A stretch of 60,357 nt of DNA, the filler included, from Sphacelaria rigidula (Eukaryota): assembly GCA_964200075.2 (NCBI GenBank). It is 8 parts of 8 records of this genome, joined end to end, with 100 filler letters (N's around TTAATTAATTAA, not from the genome) between each part and the next. Parts side by side here need not be neighbours in the genome. Positions count along the whole stretch, not along the records: positions 45,346 to 52,801 come from CAXNAA020014837.1; positions 52,902 to 60,357 come from CAXNAA020014838.1; 6 more parts are not named here. One strand, given 5' to 3'. Below, one piece after another: positions 48,401 through 60,357 of the stretch (within the stretch, counting starts at the first letter, position 1; every line of letters begins with the position of its first letter). Below the pieces are notes generated by a model that saw only the letters and a list, made by a program, of their open reading frames with translations, did no database searches and was not told the origin of the DNA. The translations under genes and the position numbers were made by a program.

Positions 48401-50660
48401 TCTGTCCGCACATACTGCGGGTTCCCACAAAATACGACCGTTTCGAATTGCAGGATCGTGACATCATATTTTCAAGTAGTATCATGATATTTCCGCTGCA
48501 TGTTCACCTGTGCCCTCTCTACCGTACTTCAACATAGTGTATTTTTTATACATGGCATGTTGCAATGTAGGTGTGGCGATAGACGACAGAGAGTATTATC
48601 GGTAGGCATTGTATACCACAGTAGGTTCTGGTATGTACCTGTCGATAGTCATTATCGTCATCAATAGATTTTGTACACAATCTATCAATAGTGATTACCA
48701 TTATCAATAGATTTGTTACACAGTTCATCAATAGCCGTCGCCGTTGTCAACAAATTCGGCACACGGTTCCTCGATAGCCATTGCCGTCATCAAAAGATTT
48801 CGAACGCTGTCGATCGATATAAGTGGTCGAAGGCAATGGTTATAGGTGCAGGGCAACAGCAGACTGCTGCCTGGGCAATAGTGTGGGAAGGAGGTCTATC
48901 GATATACCTTGCCGACGATAATAGAACGAAAAATTTGTCGATCGATAGATAGCCATTACGGAGGACAATATTGGCATCTACTGCACCGGGGAGAAATGGG
49001 TTGATCTCTTGAGACCCCAGACTCATCCCGAGGAAGGGAAGGGGTTCAAAGCGCGAAACATAAATGAATAAAACTAAAATAAAATGAAAAACTGCGACAG
49101 ATAATATTTCTAATGCTATATATGCCGTCTATTGTCGAGGGTGCTATGTTTCACCTATGGTGCTCAGCAGCGCTATCCCTCTCTACTCCCCTGGACCAGC
49201 CTCGTCTCCTTTCTTGAACAGGTTTTCTACGACTTCTTCTCTCCAACTCTTGGGTGTTCCCTTGATTTCTCAAGTCCAATTATACAGCACGACCATGGTT
49301 ATCATTGCCTCTCTCCAGTGCTTAGAAAACTCGTTCATTATTCGTCTGCCCCTGTTGCCTTTCTGTTCTTGAGTTTAGAAACAGACCCCTTTGCTTTCCC
49401 TTTTGCGAACTTTCTCTACAATTTTTTCGAGCCTCTATCTTCCCGTTTGGATGCACCTACATTTGCCTCTCTGCCCACGCGTTGATTTCTTTCTCGAATT
49501 TCGCATCGATCCTCTCATTACCTGATGGTATCCCTAGTTTTCTGTAGTTTTCTACTCGTACTTTTCTTTTCGCCCTCGAACCACTAACGAGTTTACCGTT
49601 CTATGCTCCCAGGGTAATTATCCCCTTGTCTGTCTCCCCTGCCTGTTTCCCCATAATCCCTTTTATCCCTGCCAATATTTGTTTCGTCCCGCCATCGAAA
49701 TCTTCATTTGTTTTATTAACATTCCCATATTCCCTCTTTTTTCTTCTCTCACCATATTTTTCACCTCGTTTCTGGCTTTCGCGCGCTCCTCCCATCCTAC
49801 CGTACTTTTATTTTACACGATAAAGCTATATATCTCGCGTGAGCCTCTCTCCTTACTACTATAACCTCTTTTGCTTCCTCATCCCACTATTTTACTGCTC
49901 TGTTGCAAACGATCAGTTCTTCTTCATGACTGTACTTGCTGTGGTCTTGACCAACTGCCTCTTCTAATCTTCGCTCCTGCCCGATCCGTTCCCATTTCGG
50001 TGGTAACTGTAGCTACGTTTTCCGATAGTTTGGAAACTTTCATTGCATTTTTGGCCATCTCTTCTCGGAACGTTTGCTATTTTTCTTCAAACTCTAGTTA
50101 ATGTATTCTCTATTCGTACAACTTCCTACCCCCCCATCTCTTGTAGATCTCGTCTTTTAGGCTTTCTGTCCATATATGGCAATGATCTGTAGTTCCCACG
50201 TCCTCTGCGCATACACGTACTTCCATGCCCGTACTATTTCCGTACTCTACCAATATATTGTCAAGAACAGCACGTGTTCTCTAGTTTTTGCATGTTTTAG
50301 TCCATGTCCATTGCGCCCTAAACTGTTGCGCTCTATCGTTGAGCGTCATCTCGTTATTATCCAAGAGCTTCAGATCTCTACTCCTTTCGTGTTCTTCATT
50401 CCCCCGTATTAACCAATGATATTATCCGGCTGACTTGCGTTTCCAATTCTTGCACCAAAATCTCCGGCGAAGATTTATTTCCCTCTTTATACTTCATGTG
50501 CGTTTGCTGCTATCTCTCCGAACATCCTCAATGTATCGTTCCCGAAGGGTGCGTCTCTTCCCGACATGCTTCCTTATCCCCGGGATTGTGTGCTATCTCT
50601 GCCGACACGGACACGGATTCATCAAGGCACGCCCTCTTTACCAGCACACACACACGACGT
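45438..50660 (-). mobile_element. Near-full-length decayed LINE (family A; APE endonuclease + RT), split by an insertion
   Basis: APE motifs: AGDFGARIG and VCAEDVGTTDHCHIW. RT motifs: NLFKKGD..RGIALLSTIG / FCKILNDR..EGQTGFRPSRSCVDH and LMFADD. The 3' end is the family A tail plus a G8 run. Confidence 0.92.
47259..49143. mobile_element. CACTA-like non-autonomous element inserted in the LINE RT
   Basis: Degenerate TIR: left CACTCTGGACAA..CATAAATAG versus reverse-complemented right CACCCTCGACAA..CATATATAG. Dense CAATAGAT/ATCTATCGATAG repeats near both ends. The LINE reading resumes on either side. Confidence 0.7.
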
Positions 50661-50949
50661 TCCGAAAGCCCCCGTGGTTTGCCGAAATACGTACAAAAAA
50701 TTCATCTTGGTGTGGTATGTAATGGATCGCGACAGCATGAAACATCGGCTTCGCACACCGGTAGTACAGGAGAGGCGCTGCCTCCCCTATTGGGGTCGGC
50801 GAGATGGAACATTGTGCAGATATCACGACTAGATAACGGTGTGGTGTACAACCACACGAAACTGCTGCATCATCTGGTGTGCTTACTTATTTTTCGGGGC
50901 GCTAAATCCGTGTACGTGACAAAATGAATGTTCCAGGATTTGTACGGAC

Positions 50950-52130
50950 GCTATATACATCGGGAGACACATTTTAACAACGCCCGAGAGAGGCTTCGTG
51001 CCCGCTGACCGACCTCCCCCGGCGGTACATCCGCATTTACACACCTTCTTCGCGATATCTCCCTGCCGTGGAAAGCAGCGCCGGTAAGCACTTTTGGCTA
51101 CTTCCGCACCAAGTCGCCCAGAAAAATACAACTATCAGCGCTCCCTCCCCAGCGTCCGTAAGTGGGGCACCTGTCACTAAGTGCGCCCCGGATATACCTG
51201 CAAATTTGCGGGACACCCAGCAATAAAGGTGAGAGCTGTGCCTTCTTGCATTTCTTGTACTGGTGTGCCGGGCAAACGTCGTCTTGATCTGATGACGTGA
51301 AAACCTACCGTCGACGCATCTTACACTGGGTCACAAGGTCACTGCACGACTGTCGTGGTGGTGTTTGGGCTTGAGTTCAAGGATCACCGGAGTGCGATGT
51401 ATCGGAACGACTCGACCCTCGTTCCTCGGGAACCAGGTTATGACAGAGAGCGCTTTCATTGAGGTTTCTCGAGGCACTGTGCGGAGATGGGGTAACGCCG
51501 ACTACCTGGTGGGCGGCTCCCTGCCCAGCGGCAGAGTATATAGAGTGAATCGCGCAGCAGCACGTACGAGTAAAATCGAGCAGGGCCTCGGATGGAACAC
51601 ATTGTGATTCGATTAACTAATTTGCGTCATCGACCATACAACGATCGATTTGAGCACCATGGCCAAATGAGGGCCGACAGTGTCGCATCCGAAGGTGCCA
51701 CTCACGGTATATACAGGCTGCAGGCACCCGTCAGCAACCACCGTGCCGGCCGAGGATTGCGATTCCTGTTTTCCTGACACGAGTATCGTGTGGTAAACCC
51801 CCTCATTTCGATCATGGGTCTGCTGACAAGCACGCCAGTCACGAAGGGAAAACGCGTAAAACCCCGGCTTACCGTCGGCTGGCAACGGCACCCGGATCTT
51901 GTTGCCGCCAGCAAGGCTTTCCTGAGCAGCAGTGTCACTCGGGGAGGCAGCGCAAGATGCACGGTTTCGACCGCAATTTCGATTGCCATTTTCCTCTGTT
52001 CTCGAGCAGCCCGGCTCGCCGTCTGCTTCCTCGGGGCGGAACCGGCCATTACGAAAGTAGACGTACATCTGTGGATTCATCCAAGAGAGGAAAAGTGAGG
52101 CTATTGCTACCTTGTGCCGAGAAGATATAC
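50950..52130 (-). mobile_element. Highly decayed Ty3/gypsy RT-RNase H remnant
   Basis: Degenerate motifs in order: WMNP, GRFRP..EENGNRNC, GKPGFYAFSLRD, EGVYHTILVSGKQESQSSAG (cf. GLYEWLVMPQGSSASPG), TPVIL..DSRAVTL, DASTVGF, SCIFWA. Confidence 0.5.
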
Positions 52131-52170
52131 TAGGTGTCATACAAAACGCCAGCGACGACGTCGGCGGCGA

Positions 52171-52225
52171 CAACACCAACACCAACACCGACAACAACAC
52201 CAACACCAACGCCAACGCCACAACT
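52171..52225. repeat. (CAACAC/CAACGC)n hexamer repeat
   Basis: Read directly from the sequence. Confidence 0.85.
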
Positions 52226-52686
52226 ACCGCCAAAATGAACAACCAGATATCCCAATTGCGGCACGTTTGTCCTGCACTGTTGTGTTGCGCTGAGTACACA
52301 GCAGATTTATACGCAAAAGGCGTACCTGCGGTCTTCAGTTCCTTTTCTTCGCGAATGCATTGTTCCGCCGGTGAGGACAAGGGCACGTTGGTGCTTTGAA
52401 AACCCAATAACTTGACGCCGACAACACCACACAACGCCAGAACTAGCGCGTGGAAAGCACCAGCAAAAATTAGCGCTGTTTTACCCCACCAGTATGCAGC
52501 TTTGCTGGCCGCGGGGTCGCAGCGCATTCAGATACGGCGAGCGATTCTTGTTCGCATGCCATGTGGAACTACTACTTGAGGGCAAGAACCTAGGGTGTCC
52601 AACTGCGAGATCGAGGTTACCGTTGCTGTTGTAGTCAGCGGGAGCCCTTACTTCCATAACACCTAAATATGTTTCGGAAACATCAT

Positions 52687-52731
<45 letters not shown>

Positions 52732-52801
52732 CCCCCCCCGCCCCCCCCCCCCTCCCCCCTCTCCCTTCCCGGTCCCGTCCTCCTGCCCGGCCCCCCGCAC
52801 G

Positions 52802-52901
52802 NNNNNNNNNNNNNNNNNNNNNNNNNNNNNNNNNNNNNNNNNNNNTTAATTAATTAANNNNNNNNNNNNNNNNNNNNNNNNNNNNNNNNNNNNNNNNNNN
52901 N
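52802..52901. other. Artificial scaffold linker
   Basis: N44-TTAATTAATTAA-N44. Confidence 0.99.
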
Positions 52902-52959
52902 AATTTTCTACTAGAGTAAAAACTCACACAATGCAAGCAGCCAGGCTGTGCATATTTCC

Positions 52960-53514
52960 AACAGAAACCACCAAATATTGTCAAGAATGGAATTTTTTCC
53001 ATATGGAGCATCAATACCTACGGAACTGCCAAGTTTGAGGGCGATCGGAGCTTTTCTACAACATATATAGGGGGCGGCGTGACGAGGCTCCCTGGGTCTT
53101 TCGTGCGTATCATTAGTGGAAATGAGACGACGCCAACACCGGACATCACCGAAACATCACGGTTTCGGGTATATAGAGTTCGACCCCCATAGTAACCATT
53201 TTAAAATATGTTTTTTTCGTTAGATTCCCGAGTCGATGACAGTTACTACGATTTAAGGCATGAAGAGATTGGGTGAAAATTGGGCTTGGAATTCGTAATT
53301 TCAATCTCCGAACAATTTGACGGGCGCTGATTGGCCAATATATATTTTCGCCCTTAGCGCTACCACTATGGCGTTACACAAAAATCCGGCTATGTCACGC
53401 TCTTCAGCTGTCCATGGCGGTCAGTACGATATCATGTATGCGAGTATTGGGTAGGTATTGCGAAAGGCATTTGCTGATGACAAAAGTTTGGGTGACAGTC
53501 GTGAACCAGCCTGT
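52960..53514. mobile_element. Right part of the 5519-7038 Tc1/mariner-like family
   Basis: Colinear with about 6500-7040. Ends CGTGAACCAGCCTGTA. Confidence 0.85.
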
Positions 53515-54417
53515 AGCGGGATCTGAGATTTGCGAACCTGACTAATATTTTCAATATGCATCGGCAAGTTTCAGAATGCACAAGAACTACTGACCTATCA
53601 GCTATCCGTCAGCTTCGACTGTCAGCTCAATGTTGGAAATGCGCATAACATAAGTCTTCATCTGTGTCTGAATTCGAATCAGTAGCAAATCGCGGTACAT
53701 CATTTGGCGGCCCAACAAAATCATGAACCATGGACCTGTTCCATTGTATATCTCCAGAGTTGCATGGGATTTCAACCAGAAAGCGTGTTGCGCTGTGTTT
53801 TGAGGTAGAAGATATTCCACCATGGTTTATTACAGTAGCATCGTGTAGGCAAGTGACTAGGCCACGTGGGTTACAGTAGACCTGAGAGTGTTATAGCTGA
53901 CAAGATGAACGCGTCACAGTATGTCGGATCAGGTGATACAATCTGATTGAAGGTACGTGTCTCACGTGACGCAGAATATATTTGATTATGTGACCGCTGC
54001 ATGGTTTCCATGGTATCGATCCCTCACTGCTTTTACTCTCCTGTTGTCCTTCAGTCCTATGTTAGAGAAGATACTATCTTGTTCTATTTTGGCAAAAAGT
54101 GCCCACGATCACCGTCTGGCTGTTGTCTTTTGCTACAAAACGCAAGAAACTTTCACAGTCTTGTCGACCTTCCTCACGTCTGTTCAGCGAGACAGCGCCA
54201 TACAACCCTAACATTCCAACAAGCTGTGGGCCTTCGATACGTGACTGCTGGCTCAGCACAAGAGGGGGGATACACCCTATCAAGGTCGTTACAGCAGTGA
54301 ACATATAATCCAGAGGTCAGATTTCATCTCCAGATATTGAGGTGCGAGGAATTTTCGCATGTTGTGAGGGAGATGAATAACGCGGGAGAACCACCTCTTA
54401 CTCGGTACATGAGGATC

Positions 54418-55330
54418 ATGAGCAAGTTTGACGGCAGTAAGTTCCGTGACTAAAAGCCCTATATACCCGCCGTCATTCCATTGGCCTATCGAGGAATCCC
54501 TGATATTAGTACGTAATTGGGAAGAAAACTCCGTCGATATTTATGGCCGTGATTTAGATGTGAAGTTGCCAGCTGTGGGGACGACGTCAAGAACAAGCCG
54601 CATCGTAACCTGTTGCCGAGGTCGTCAGGAACCGTCCCGTCGTGTGCGCTGATCATCGAAGGGGAAGCGACGACGATAGATGCGGCAGCGGTGGGGGGAG
54701 CAGCTGCGACTACTGATCAAGTCGAGGACCTTACTGGAGACGTGGTGGCCAAGCCCCGTACGGTATCACAAGTGAGTTAAACCGTACACAGGCGAGAGAT
54801 GAAAATTGGAATTGCTGTAACGCGTTGTTGTTGAACACTCTGCACTGAAGATCAGGTATTGCAGCGGCGAGTTTCTGTTGCGTTTTGAACCGTTTGGTTC
54901 TGAAACCTCGAACGGCAGAAATGCGTGGAATGGTCTGACTGCAAATTACAAAACATCTTCCAAACAAGGGCACTCTCTTCCCATGCGGCAGTTGGATCGT
55001 ATGACCAAGCTACAGGGCCAACCCTCGAACGTGTTCATGGCTCGAGCCAATCAACGTTGGGACGAATTTTTCCACACGGGCGAAGAGTGACGGACGAATA
55101 GGGTTTCTAACGTTGAAGGGATAATGTGGAGCATGCAATCCAGCCGTGTTCTGCGTGGGGTTCGGCTGAAGCGTCTCATGGTCGTGAATCAGCAATTTTC
55201 GCAGCATCGCCGTTGGGTTCGCCAGAATTCACACTGAAGTGTTCTGGGATTGGCTTCTTTTGCGGAAAGCCAAGTCATCGCATGCGTCACTGCCAGTACA
55301 AAAATATACCTCACGATGCTAGGAGTTCTG
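54418..55330 (+). mobile_element. Decayed Ty1/copia gag remnant
   Basis: MSKFDGSKFRD..; FLLRFEP..NGRNAWNGLTANY..MRQLDRMTKLQGQPSNVFMARANQRWDEFFHTGE resembles a copia gag (UBN2-like) region. Confidence 0.65.
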
Positions 55331-55574
55331 CATAGTGGTGCAGGTTTTACAACATAGATCTGCGTGATGATTCTGAGTGTTATAATCATCTAAGCAGCGG
55401 GAGTTTGGGTAGAAACGAGGGGATCTCTATCTTTCGTCGAAAATCCATGGTCAAAGTATTCACGGTTGACAGGAATTAATATTCCCGAATTATACGCCGT
55501 TCGTGGTCAGCTTACAGGAAACTGCTGCCCAATCGCCTGGTTCAGAATATATTACAGTGGAGGCCATGGTTTAA

Positions 55575-57331
55575 CCCTTTTGGAACGGTTGATGGAAAAT
55601 TGACGATTTACATTTGGCGTTTTTTCGGGGGAGAAATGGTTGTTTTTCTAGAGCCCTTGAGCAAACGATTCGCCCAAAGCGTGATTTTCAGACCCGTGCG
55701 AATGGAACGTGAAAGAAAAGAAGGTCATCTATTTTGCGGGTATGACGACCTGTTGTTCGACCTGCCGGTGTTTTCTAACCCCCGCCAGCAGAGTGCATAG
55801 CTCACCCTTCGTGAAGCAATTTCCACGCCGCACCTCCGGTAGATGCTTTGTGCCGCATCATAGCCAGCCTGTGCCTCAGTTGCAATAACGAAGGCGACGC
55901 CGACGGGACGTTTACCTCAGTTATGCTCCCGTCTACTGTCAGTACTCGGAAGCCGTCACCGTCAGGCCCTATGGGGATGTGTTCACCTATTCCTCCGTAC
56001 TTCGTGTGATCATGCTTTTTTCATCTGATTTCAAGTGTACACTCGCGTCATGCACGTTACTGCACTCCGTCGTGCGCGTTTATACGGCACCACACTGCGG
56101 TTTGATCATCCCATAACGGCGACGAGGATGCCATGTACCCCGCCATTATACATATTCCTGGTGCAGTGTAGGCGGAGGCCGTTACTTTGGCACATCCGAT
56201 ACAGGCTGTCACTTCGTAGGCTGTGATCTTACCGCATATCTCATCGTGCGCTTTGTGCTGTACGTTTCCGCGACACCACCTTTGTACTTCGGGTTTATCA
56301 TTCCCGAACGTCGCACCCCCCCGCTTTGTGCTGCGTGAGGTGTGTTACTCCGGCTGACACTGTCGCGTTCGGACCGTCTGTCATCGTGGGCGGCGTTGGG
56401 GTCTCATGCAATCATATTACACACCTTCTGTCCTCTTGCATGGAAGACTGTAACATCGTTATTCAGTTATACTGGACTGTGATGAAGTGTGTTTACTGAC
56501 TGTAGTTATAGTTGGGTTAGGCTGGCTGCAGAAGGCTGTTCCGGTCGGTTGTCGTCCGTTCTCCGGTATGTCGCATGTCTGGACGCTGGTAATCACGTCC
56601 GCCTGATGTCTTCCACATAATCATGTGTGCCTCGCAGCGTTTTTGTTTTGCTGCGGTTACTGCGCTGACGTTCGGTAAGCAAGCGGGTGGGCCAGTGTGC
56701 ACCGGGGGGCAATGGGCTGCCCCAACCGCTCTTGCGGCTTTTTCAGCGAAACGGCTGGCGGCGTCTTCGCCGTGCTTCTCAGCCATTCCAGCTGAACATG
56801 AATTACATATGGGTCGCTCTTCAGCACCTCCACACGTGGCGACGGGATTTCCACTTGCTCCGCCATATCATTGTCGCCGTATAGTGTGACTTCCTAAACT
56901 CGCCAACTGTTGATGATGCAGCCCACTAAAACGGTGCACAACTTTAATTTCAAGTAAACTAGTGCGCTACTCTAAGTTTACGTATACTACCTTGACATAT
57001 TCGCGCTCCGGACTCGAATTGAGGTATTTCGCAGGTTCCTACTGAAACAAGTCACGTTTATGGGAGTTTGTACTGTTTTGCGAGAGTTTTGTTGATGCAT
57101 ACAACTGGACACACTTCGCCCCTCGCGTGAAGTCATTGGACAAACCCAACTCGGCTGCTCCGGGGTTTCATTTTCGGTGCATCCATGACGTGTGCTTCTG
57201 GTGTCTCCTTTGGTCTTCCACAGTAATAATGGTTGCCGTCGGTCTTTTCTGTTTCCATCTTTTCTTCTTTGTCACAACTTGAAATAATGAGGCGTCTGAC
57301 CCGGGGACGAGAGGGAAGGGTTCCAAAAGGG
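55575..57331. mobile_element. piggyBac-like non-autonomous element, 1757 bp
   Basis: TTAA|CCCTTTTGGAAC at the left end and GTTCCAAAAGGG|TTAA at the right end: a perfect 12-bp TIR plus TTAA TSD. Confidence 0.8.
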
Positions 57332-58269
57332 TTAACCCATGGAAAAAAAAACCTTGTGTGCACTAGTAACTTGTTTCATAATGCCCTATGCGTTGTCTAC
57401 ACCAAATTTTACGCTTCAACTCTAAATATTGGCCGGTTAATGGGCCGTCGAGTGACGGGGTCGGTAGAAATTCGGAACAGTATTTCGCAGGCCACTCACC
57501 GGCCCACATTTGGTTTTTATGTGTTGAAATTTTGTGTAGACCCTCGCTAGGGCATAATCGACGATACAAAGTGGGTCAGATTGATTTTATTTTCTTCACT
57601 GGTGTAGGGCGTTTTAGTATGGGAAAGACCATTTTCTTACGGGAACGCCCGAACCTCCCTCCCTCCCAAAAAAATGAGGGTTCATTTTTTTCACTCAGCA
57701 TACCTCTGTTGTTCTTTATGCTGAGGTTCAAATCAAAATTTAAAAAAATGGGCCAAAAAATTAATATACGGTCCAAGAGCATTGTTCATTTTCCCTCAAA
57801 ACTGCCCGAAAAACGAAAACAAAAAGATAAATAAAACGAAAAAAATGAAAAGGGCTGTATTTTTAGCTATTTATGCACCATCGGTTCTCCATACGAAATT
57901 GCATAGCATACTTCTCAAAAACTGAGACGCAGTATCCAAATTGAGTTAATCTAGTGCCTCTGCTCGTAATATATTGATTTTAGTATGGAAACTTATGTGC
58001 GCCATATCTCGAGATAGATAATGAATTAGGTGAAGGTGAGGGTATCAATCGTCTCCCCGTGCTCCAGGGAATGGCCACACTAAAAATCGTCGTCACCCGC
58101 TCGATGTATTGATCGGGGGGTTCATATAGATTTTAGTATAGACGCTACCTCAGTACGGTATAGGAATTACTAGACATGGGGTTCAATCAACGAGAAAATG
58201 ATGGCCCAGACTTTTGGGCAGATGGGCACCTTCCCCTTGATTAGACGATCAACAGGATATGAGGATCAT

Positions 58270-59100
58270 GGCCCAACTCGTTTGTGTCGATGAGATATTG
58301 CTTTGAGAGCAAAAATCCGTTTCTAGGCTGGCCCAGTTCGTATGATGGGGTCGTGGGAAAGTGGGTGGAGAGAGTAGGGCGTAGAGCACTACCCCATCTC
58401 GACTGCCTACAATCCAGAATCTACTGTCGGCGCAAGATCCGCGACCAGATACGCTCACAGTTCCCAAAATTCAGGAACTCGGCACAATTTGCCGTTCCTG
58501 AACCACAATGGACCTTCTCAATAATATTCATAGAATACTCGAATATTGCGCAATTTCCCCGCTCATGTTTCTGGCTTCTGTTCGTAGATCAACTACATTG
58601 AACAGTCTCTACTCTGGTGGAGATATGGTGGCTACAGTGAAACGGAGATTTGGAGTCTCCGCTATTGAACGCATCAACAAAAATGGAGGTGAGGAGCGAA
58701 GATGTGGTGGGCGCAGCCATCGTGCCGGGACTGAGAGATGAGCCGGAAGCACTCAGGTCAGAATGACGAATGAAGGACGGACGTGACACCCGCGCCTTCA
58801 ACCATGGCCGCAGGCTACTCTGGAAGCTTCATGGAGTTTATTTGGAACTCAAAAGTCCTCAAAGTGCTGATGAGTTACTGGTGATTGGCCACATCTACGC
58901 CTAGGGTCATTCTCGGGTGTCTAACGATTTGCGAAATTCTCCTCGTGACTCGAGGGACTTTCAGCATACTAGAGCCCGCATCATCTGTCACAGGCGCTCT
59001 CAAAGTGCTCGTCAATCTGTCGGTGGCATCCGAGGAACTATACTGGGAAAAGTAGAGCCTGTAACCTCTGCCAGACGATCTGGACAAGAGGACTTTCAAC
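58270..59100 (+). mobile_element. Possible highly decayed copia RT remnant
   Basis: Weak motifs in order: YCFE..DGVV, IRSQFP, VKRRFGVS, PGLRDEP, GRRLLW, HTRARI. Confidence 0.3.
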
Positions 59101-59383
59101 GAGGGACTCCCCTAGTATCACTGGGCTCGTGATTGACAAGCCCTTACTTGTCATCATCTCGGAGTGATCCTCAACAGATCACAAGCCAGACAGCAAGGGG
59201 CCACACCGATAAGGGCCATCCATCCAGAACCCCCTGTCCCCTGCCACTGCTCCATTCATGCATGCGATTATACTGAAACCTTCGGCTTGGTATCATTTGG
59301 CTACAGCACCCTCAAAGCGAGTTCAAGACAAACGAACGAGCTTGACAACCACCAAAAACCAAGTCGAAATCACATGCGCCAGA

Positions 59384-59890
59384 TCACAAAGAAATACCAT
59401 ACTCTGACGCTGATCTACTGGTCAGCGCCCGAGTCAACCGCAGTTTACGCAGCTCCTTTAAAACAAATTCAGGCGTAGAAGCGTGAATCTTGCGAAGGTA
59501 CTCCCACGTACGTTCTTCAGCACCGAACCCATCCCAATCGACAAAAACAATGACATCACCATTGTCATGGAGCGACGAAAGCTAGCTATGATCGGGTTTG
59601 CCTGCCCTACTGCCGCCAGCGTCGCTTGAATGCCACAAGACCTTTGCGGTTGGCGGTTGATGGCGTGGGTGTCAAATGCAACGACAAGTTGTTGATCATA
59701 GAGCACCCTTGTTCGTCGTTGGTTCATATCTCGCCCCAGGTGTTCTGTTGCTACTGTACCGAGGTGTTCACGCAGCCAGCGCGGGTGCTCCAGATTGCAG
59801 CATGGACGCATCCCTCTTCACCACGCTCGCAACGGTTAGATCACTACCATATGTATATTCTTCACTCCGCATGTCAAGAAGGTCTCCACA
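59384..59890 (-). mobile_element. Ty3/gypsy integrase C-terminus with chromodomain (chromovirus-like)
   Basis: GDVIVFVDWDGFGAEERTWEYLRKIHASTPEFVLKELRKLRL..YGISL* fits the V-x-W-x-G-F...TWE chromodomain. Upstream is GEEGCVHA. Confidence 0.8.
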
Positions 59891-59974
59891 AGTGTTTAAT
59901 GTCTCATACACCCCCCCCCCCCAAATGGCGTCTCGCACGCTGTTGTCGTTGGGCACGCAGAGGGACGCTCACAT

Positions 59975-60357
59975 ACATGTCGGGTAAAATCAACGATGAA
60001 TGAGACCCCCAAGTTCAAATTGGATATATATGTTGTTTTCGCCGCACCACCGCCCTTGCTGGCATGTGTGTGACAGAGAATAGTAGTAGCGGTGACGGGA
60101 ACAATATCCTATTTTTCAGCGACATGTTTTTCAGTGCACAGAGGCGCGTCCTGTCCAAAAAGAGAGGCAGAGAGGAATCCATCTTCGCATTGGCTACAGG
60201 CAAGAAGAGACGGAATCTTTCCGCACCTCGATGTTCTGGCACATAGAAAATTGGGTACATGCTGGTAACATCGATGATGCCAGTCTCTCGAGCGATTGGT
60301 AATCGCCGAGCGAGGACACACAAAGGACACGGGCGAGGAGCTTCCTCTCTGCCGTTG
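59975..60357 (-). repeat. Second copy of the 40400-40810 dispersed repeat
   Basis: Reverse-complement homology over ~380 bp. Confidence 0.8.

Noticed and set aside
53600..54300. piggyBac transposase C-terminus remnant
   Set aside because: The resemblance is only vague; there is no MGGVD motif or intact Cys-rich domain.
56840..56900. LGSHTIRR as a tyrosine-recombinase HxxR motif
   Set aside because: A stop follows almost immediately and no other catalytic residues can be placed.

Overview
This window is not one locus. It is eight unrelated scaffolds sorted by size (7458, 7458, 7458, 7458, 7457, 7456, 7456 and 7456 bp). They are joined by seven artificial 100-bp linkers (N44-TTAATTAATTAA-N44), so synteny across the linkers means nothing. 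The DNA is gene-poor, repeat-rich and eukaryotic. The retroelement peptides resemble families I recall from brown algal (Phaeophyceae, probably kelp or fucoid) genomes; this is an inference and has not been searched. I can support no intact host gene, rRNA, true tRNA or CRISPR array. Decayed retroelements present: APE+RT LINEs of two families, Ty1/copia and Ty3/gypsy remnants (one with a chromodomain), and a tandem pair of tRNA-derived SINEs. There is also a possible Helitron PIF1 helicase remnant. Non-autonomous DNA transposons with visible TIRs are abundant, several with TSDs: Tc1/mariner- and Stowaway-like, PIF/Harbinger-like, piggyBac-like, hAT-like and CACTA-like, several of them nested. 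The most notable signals are a LINE family whose 3' ends abut poly-C tracts instead of poly-A, a multi-layer nested MITE stack, near-perfect foldbacks and palindromes, and a MITE family carrying telomere-like repeats. I found no convincing novel multi-gene system. Family assignments come from manual translation and motif recall, not database searches.
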